Shown: piece after piece, positions 58,353 to 64,000 of the stretch
How positions within the stretch are numbered: position 1 is the first letter of the stretch
Layout of the letters: each line of letters opens with the position of its first letter
DNA from: Podarcis erhardii
Lineage: Eukaryota
Direction: 5' to 3' (one strand)
Assembly: GCA_964252035.1 (NCBI GenBank)
Contig: OZ176206.1
Length of the DNA: 64,000 nucleotides
The notes under the pieces: generated by a model
What the model saw: only the letters and a program-made list of their open reading frames with translations
Told to the model about the DNA's origin: nothing
The model's database searches: none
Translations under genes and position numbers: made by a program

Positions 58353-61300
58353 ATGGCGGGAGCTGCGGGCGCGTCGCTCTGGGTGAGGAAGGTCGCACAG
58401 GGGGCGGGCGCTGGGCTCAAGGGTGGGCCGTAGCTTCGTGCCAGAGCAGGCATTTTGCAGGTCGAGGTAGCCTGTGAAGAAAGTGCCTTTGCTCTGCCGG
58501 GGAGAGCCTGGAGGGAGGCCCGCCTTTGCCAGTCAGAGCAGGCGATACTCGGTGGGCAAATTATTTGCCTCCCGCAGTGCTCTGCGCGCGCGGCCCCCCA
58601 CCCACCCGTGTTGCTGGTTTGAAGCAACTAATGGGGAAATGCGGAGTGGATTCTTCTGTCTTGAGGCGGGGCTAGATGCGCTGTAGGACGATATGCAGTC
58701 TTGCAGTTGTGGTTGCCCAGAAACAGGATACCAGCCTCCAATTCAAGGGGAAAGTTGCACCTCCTTCACTACTGTGACACCTATAAAAGCGCTTAACTCC
58801 TCTTACTGCTTGAAAGGGACTAAGCGAAGTTTGCAGGGCTGGTATCATGCCTTCGAGAGAGGAAGGAGCTGATGCCGGTCAGAGCAAGCATCCTGACCTA
58901 GGTGGTCCAAAAATCTGTCGGGGGGGGGGCGGCAGGAAGCAGCTTCTTGCCATTCCTGAGTGAACCGTGCAGCTTGAACGTAGTTGCTGGGAGGGCTCCA
59001 GTGGCCAGCTGTGAGAGCAAATCGTGTGTTGCTCCTTTGGGGTAGGCTGGAGCAACAGCCAAGGCAAGCAGAGGTTGAGCGGGTGCAGCTTTTGCTGAGC
59101 AGCAATGGTTCTCCTGCCTGCCATGCAGCTGCTGAAGAGCTGGAGGCAGATTCCTCTACCAAAAGGCCTCCTGTCAGATCCGGCCAGTCATTGCCAGGAG
59201 CCAGTAGTAATTGGAAGCTATGTGTTCCTTGTGTTTGGGCATCTGAAATCCTCCCCTTTTGCCATCCCAGGTAGTACCAGCAGCTCTTCAACAGGATTCC
59301 TGCTGCATTTACCGTATTTTTCGCTCTATAACACACACCCGACCATAACACGCACGTAGTTTTTAGAGGAGGAAAATCCGTAGGCATGCCACCCGTAGGC
59401 ATTTCCTCCATAACACGCACAGACATTTCCCCTTACTTTCTAGGAGGAAAAAAGTGAGTGTTATGGTGCAAAAAATACGGTAGCTCAGAGTGCCCCATGC
59501 GGACCAGCTGCTTTCTCAGTTTTAGGGTCAGTATTTATCCCAACTGGGATGATGAGGCAGGGTAGCTTGGCCAGGTCTAGCTAAAGCCAACTTGGAGCTT
59601 TAACCTAGATATACCAGACAGAGTTCTGTGGGTGTGTTAGGGTGGAGCAGGGTAGTAGACCTTCCTCCTCCCGTTCTACAGGGGTTGGGTGGGCAGTAGG
59701 CTTGGGGGTGTATCTCACTCTCTTTGCTCTCCCAGCGACGCTTTAAGGAGGCAACAGTGATTCTCGGTGGGGGCAGCCTGATCTTCACCTCATACCTGGT
59801 GGTCAAGGGAGATGAGCACTTCTACGCTGCGCAGCTGATGCCACTCCTGCAGAGAGTGGTGGGCCCTGAGACAGCCCACAGGCTGGCTGTGCACTTTGTG
59901 GCTCTGGGGATCCTGCCCTGCTCAAGCCAAGCTGACTCGGATGCATTGGTGCGTAAACTATGCAGGTGACTGGCGGTAGAGGCTGCTGTGCTCCTGCTTT
60001 GGGCCCTGCCTCTCATCCTACTGCTCCCAATCCCTTCCTGTGGGCCCACCATGCCCTTTCTCTCCTGGGACAGGATGGGGCCTTGCCTGTCTCTTCTGCT
60101 GCCTAAGGCTTTCTGCTGGTTAACAGGTGCTTAATTGGCTTCCCAGGCAGTGGAAGTCTTTGGGCGCCGGTTTCGGAACCCTCTTGGCCTGGCTGCTGGT
60201 TTTGACAAGCATGGAGAGGCTGTAGATGGACTCTACAAGATGGGATTTGGCTTTGTGGAGGTGGGGAGTGTCACCCCAGAGCCCCAAGAGGGGAACCCCA
60301 GGCCCCGTGTCTTCCGGCTGCCAGAGGACCAGGCCATTATTAACAGGTAGGAGGCTGGAACAGAGGTGGGTGGTGAGGGTGAGCCTTTGACAAGTCTCTC
60401 CTGCAGTGGAGGATGAGGTGATGTATTGAGGAAGAGAGGGGTGGTGGTATTCACCTGAGCTGTATTCACCTGAGCTGTGTCCACCACTTTCTAGGTATGG
60501 GTTCAACAGCCATGGGCATGCAGTGGTGGAGCACAGACTTCGAGCCCGACAAGAAATTCAGCGCCAGCTCAGCTCAGGTGAGGTGGCTTGTGTCCTCCCT
60601 GCCCATGAGCCATGGAAAATCCCGGCCCCCTTCTTCCCCCCACCCAATTGCTGCTGTACTAGTACATGCTTGTGGCAGTCAGATCTGGAGAGGAGCTTTC
60701 AGGGAACGTGAAGAGTGGCAAGGAGCAAATAATGTTACAATTGATTAGTGGAGGATTTCTGGATCCTGCCCTGGACCCTTCCCAGAGCATCTCTGGTCAG
60801 GAGCAGTGCCTGCCTGAGTGCCAGTGGCTGCTTTCTTTTACCCAGCCCTAACAAGCCCACCGTGGCCCTGTGCTCTCCCTGGGGAAATCTCTTATGTGTC
60901 TGCCCCCTCATCAGGGATTCCTCATGTAGCAGTCATCTTTGCTCTGGCCTTCCCTGTCTGACTGGCTTCTGTTTGTGCATCCTCTCCCTTCCTAGTGGGG
61001 ATGCCTCTTGGAATAAATCTTGGCAAGAACAAGGCCTCTGTGGATGCAGCAGCTGACTACGTGGCAGGTGTGCGTGTGCTGGGCCCACTGGCTGATTACC
61101 TGGTGGTGAATGTTTCCAGCCCCAACACACCGGGACTGCGGGCCCTTCAAGGCAAAGCCGAGCTGCGCCTCCTGTTGGCCAAGGTGGGTCTCTTGCCCCA
61201 AGAGCATTTCCTGTCCTCTCGGTCCCCTCCAGTAAGCAGCCAGGGCGCCCTCTGGCACACATTTCAGCGCCTGCTCTCTGGGCCGAGGGCAGCAGCTGCT

Positions 61301-64000
61301 TGGAGCAAAGGAGGAGCAGCCTGCTGCTCCCATTTCACATTTATTGAACAGTGCCTGGCAAAAGAAGGCCAGGGCTTTGCTGGTACATTGTTCACAAATC
61401 CTACTGCAGGAGTTGAATGCATGCCTGATTGAGAACCTTGTACAAGTGCGGCAGCCTTGCCTCCAGATGTTGGTGGTGGACCAACAGGAGGCTGCTTCTA
61501 TCTCGTCCTCCTTCCATACCTGCCCTTTGGATCCTGCTGTTGAGCCTCTCCTGCTCTGCAGAGCTCAGCTTCTGTCCCTAGTTCATAGCAGGGCCAGTTC
61601 CCCTCTCCCAGCCGTGTTGTGCTGCGCTCCATGGCTTGTAATCATGTGCCCTTCTGGGCAGTGTGAAACTTATGCCCTTCTGAGCAGTGTGAACGTGATC
61701 TTTGGCCAATGGCTGTGTGCTTTTTGGCAGGTGCTGGCTGAGAGGGACGCCTTGGCATGCAAGCACAAGCCGGCTGTACTGGTGAAAATTGCTCCAGACC
61801 TCACGACCCAAGACAAGAAGGACATTGCCAGTGTCGTCTCTGAGGTGATGCAGGGGTGGGTGGGCAGGAGTGGTTCTGTCTGGCTGCTGCCTCAATTATG
61901 CCTCGTTGGTTTGGCCTTTTATGCCTTGTTCTAGAGCAGCTCCCTTAAGAGATCACCTTGCCCCATGTGGGCCTCTTTGATCACTTCCATCTGTGGAACT
62001 TGCACTTTTAGACCTGCCACTCTGCACTCCTCGCAAGAGCAATCTCGTGAGCATAGCAGCACTTGGAACTCCCTGCCTCTTGATACTGGGCAGGCACCCT
62101 CACCATATTGCATTTGGCAAGCGTCCCCAGACATGTAATTTAGTCACCTATATCGGCTTTAAATATTTATTGAATTTATCGTTGTTTTGAATTGAGGTGG
62201 CTTTACATACCTTTGCTTTTAGTGAACTGTGGATTTCAGCTGTGTTTTAGCTTAAGCTATATTTGTACGCTATTTGGGAGATATATAGATTTTTGATTAA
62301 GTGGTCTTATGAATTTCCTTTAAATAAGAGTGAGATTGGGGTAGGGCTAGACTTTCAGGGCCACCGCGGGCGGTGGGAAGGAGGGCAGCGCATAGGAGGA
62401 GGCTGTGGCTCTGAGGCTTGACTGGGCTCCCTTTTTCCCAGTTAGGCGTTGATGGACTGGTGGTCACCAACACCACTGTGAGCCGCCCCAGCACCTTGCG
62501 TGCAGCTCTTCGTGGTGAGGTAGGGGGTCTAAGCGGAGCTCCCCTGCGAGAGCTCTCCACTCAGCTGGTCAGCGAGATGTACTCTCTCACCCAAGGTAAG
62601 GAGACAGAGGCTGGAGGGAGGGAGGAGGGGGTGCAGGTAGGAGGGACTCCAGAATCCCTCCCACTAGCAGCCTCTTCTTGCCCCCCAGGACGGGTCCCCA
62701 TCATAGGTGTAGGTGGAGTCTCCAGCGGGCAAGATGCCTTGGACAAGATCCGTGCAGGGGCCTCCTTGGTGCAGATGTACACTGCCCTCACCTACCGTGG
62801 GCCACCTGTGGTGGGTGCTGTGAAACAGGAGCTGGAGGCTCTGTTAAGGTGAGTGCCAGGCTGGGCCCAGCTCCCAGCTTCTTGATGNNNNNNNNNNNNN
62901 NNNNNNNNNNNNNNNNNNNNNNNNNNNNNNNNNNNNNNNNNNNNNNNNNNNNNNNNNNNNNNNNNNNNNNNNNNNNNNNNNNNNNNNNNNNNNNNNNNNN
63001 NNNNNNNNNNNNNNNNNNCCCTCAATCCAGCTGTGTGTTGCAGATACATCATGATGTTACTTCAGATTCAAGCAAAGTTTTGCTGATTAGAAAGCACAGC
63101 AGAATGAGATTGCTGCCAGCATGAGATTAGGCTGTAGAGGGAGCTGAGCAGACCACATAACTGTCTGTCTCCCACCTAGGTTGTCATGCTGGGCTCCTTA
63201 TTGCATGTATGCTCTCCATTTACACTGCAAGAAGCTGATCCCTGATACTCTTTACATCAGCTTCAAGTACCTTGTCCTCCTTTGCTTGATGTTCTGTGTC
63301 TCTCGCTCTGCCTCTTACACCCATTTCTTCTCTTCCTCCCACATTCTGCTTGCCAGCCAGCCTGCCTTTCCTCCAGATCTGCTTCCTAGCCCCTGGCACA
63401 TCTCCTCTTGGAAGCCCCTGCTGCCGCCTGTTCTTCCACCTGTCCCTTATCTCCAGTCTCAAATTACCTTCCACTTCCACCAAGACAAATTACCTTATCT
63501 CCACTACAGTTCCTTTGTGTCATTTTGTGGTCTGTGGGGCTTTGTTGGCTTTGCAGCAGTTGATGTCTGGGACAACAGTAGTCCCCAAACAAGTAAAAAC
63601 AGACCTTGCTTTCTATTCTTTATATCTGTGCATCTGTTGTCTTATCCAAACAATCAAATATGTACTACGTAGAGGATAAAGTGGTCTTGATCCTGTGGGT
63701 ATTTCACATCCTTGGTTTCCTGTGACTCGCCTGCAGGTCACAAGTCCCCTCCCCACAACGTACAAGGATCTGCTCTTACAAGCATAAGCTTTTCTGGTTA
63801 CCTTTTGTAGCTGGGGAGGGAGATGGGGACCCAAGTGGGGAGCTGGTATCTTAAGCAAATAAGGACTTTGCTTGGGTTGAGGTTTTATCTTTCTAGGTGC
63901 CAAGAAAACTGCAGGGCCAGAGACAGCTAGCTGGTCTACTCACTCTGTGCTGTTTTCTCCTTTGTGCAGGGAGCAAGGATTCCAGAGCGTGCAGGATGCT
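58353..64000 (+). CDS. DHODH: Mitochondrial dihydroorotate dehydrogenase (quinone); last exon truncated by the window end
   Basis: Exons 58353-58382, 59736-59948, 60147-60346, 60495-60577, 60996-61183, 61731-61844, 62442-62595, 62689-62848 and 63970 to window end. Motifs include [15 protein letters not shown], the catalytic NVSSPNT, KIAPDL and GGLSG, plus [10 protein letters not shown]...[11 protein letters not shown]. Confidence 0.97.
59310..59482. mobile_element. Tc1/mariner-type MITE, internally shorter relative of 18605-18867, in DHODH intron 1
   Basis: TIRs taccgtatttttcgctctataac / gttatggtgcaaaaaatacggta, and a shared subterminal cagacatttccccttacttt. Confidence 0.8.
62888..63018. other. 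Assembly gap (131 N) in DHODH intron 8
   Basis: Run of N. Confidence 1.

Noticed and set aside
58845-59426. ORFs in DHODH intron 1
   Set aside because: There is no homology or convincing splice sites, and they run into a MITE.
63181-63679. Three overlapping ORFs in DHODH intron 8
   Set aside because: They arise from pyrimidine-skewed low-complexity sequence, with no motif or splice support.

Overview
This is vertebrate genomic DNA from a squamate, very probably a lacertid lizard (Podarcis-type Sauria SINEs). It has GT-AG introns throughout and no prokaryotic features. Eight intact housekeeping genes were reconstructed exon by exon with consistent splice phases: SNTB2 (+, last five exons only), VPS4A (+), PDF (-), COG8 (-), NIP7 (+), TMED6 (-), TERF2 (-) and DHODH (+, runs off the window end). 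Interspersed repeats include Sauria and tRNA-derived SINEs, L2, CR1 and L1 relics, hAT and Tc1/mariner MITEs, and one Penelope-type insertion. The best second-look items are: (1) a 322-bp TSD-flanked Penelope/retrozyme-like insertion in NIP7 intron 1 carrying an intact minimal hammerhead ribozyme; (2) a remodelled TRF2, with two TRFH exons fused, a 4-codon loss, Ile at the F120 docking position, a tiny basic domain and an expanded acidic hinge; (3) a phase-compatible candidate upstream TERF2 exon; (4) a TERF2-DHODH head-to-head junction not seen in human; (5) a non-overlapping COG8/PDF arrangement; (6) several overlapping uORFs and an in-frame DHODH intron. Gene identities and human comparisons come from recalled protein sequences, not from database searches.
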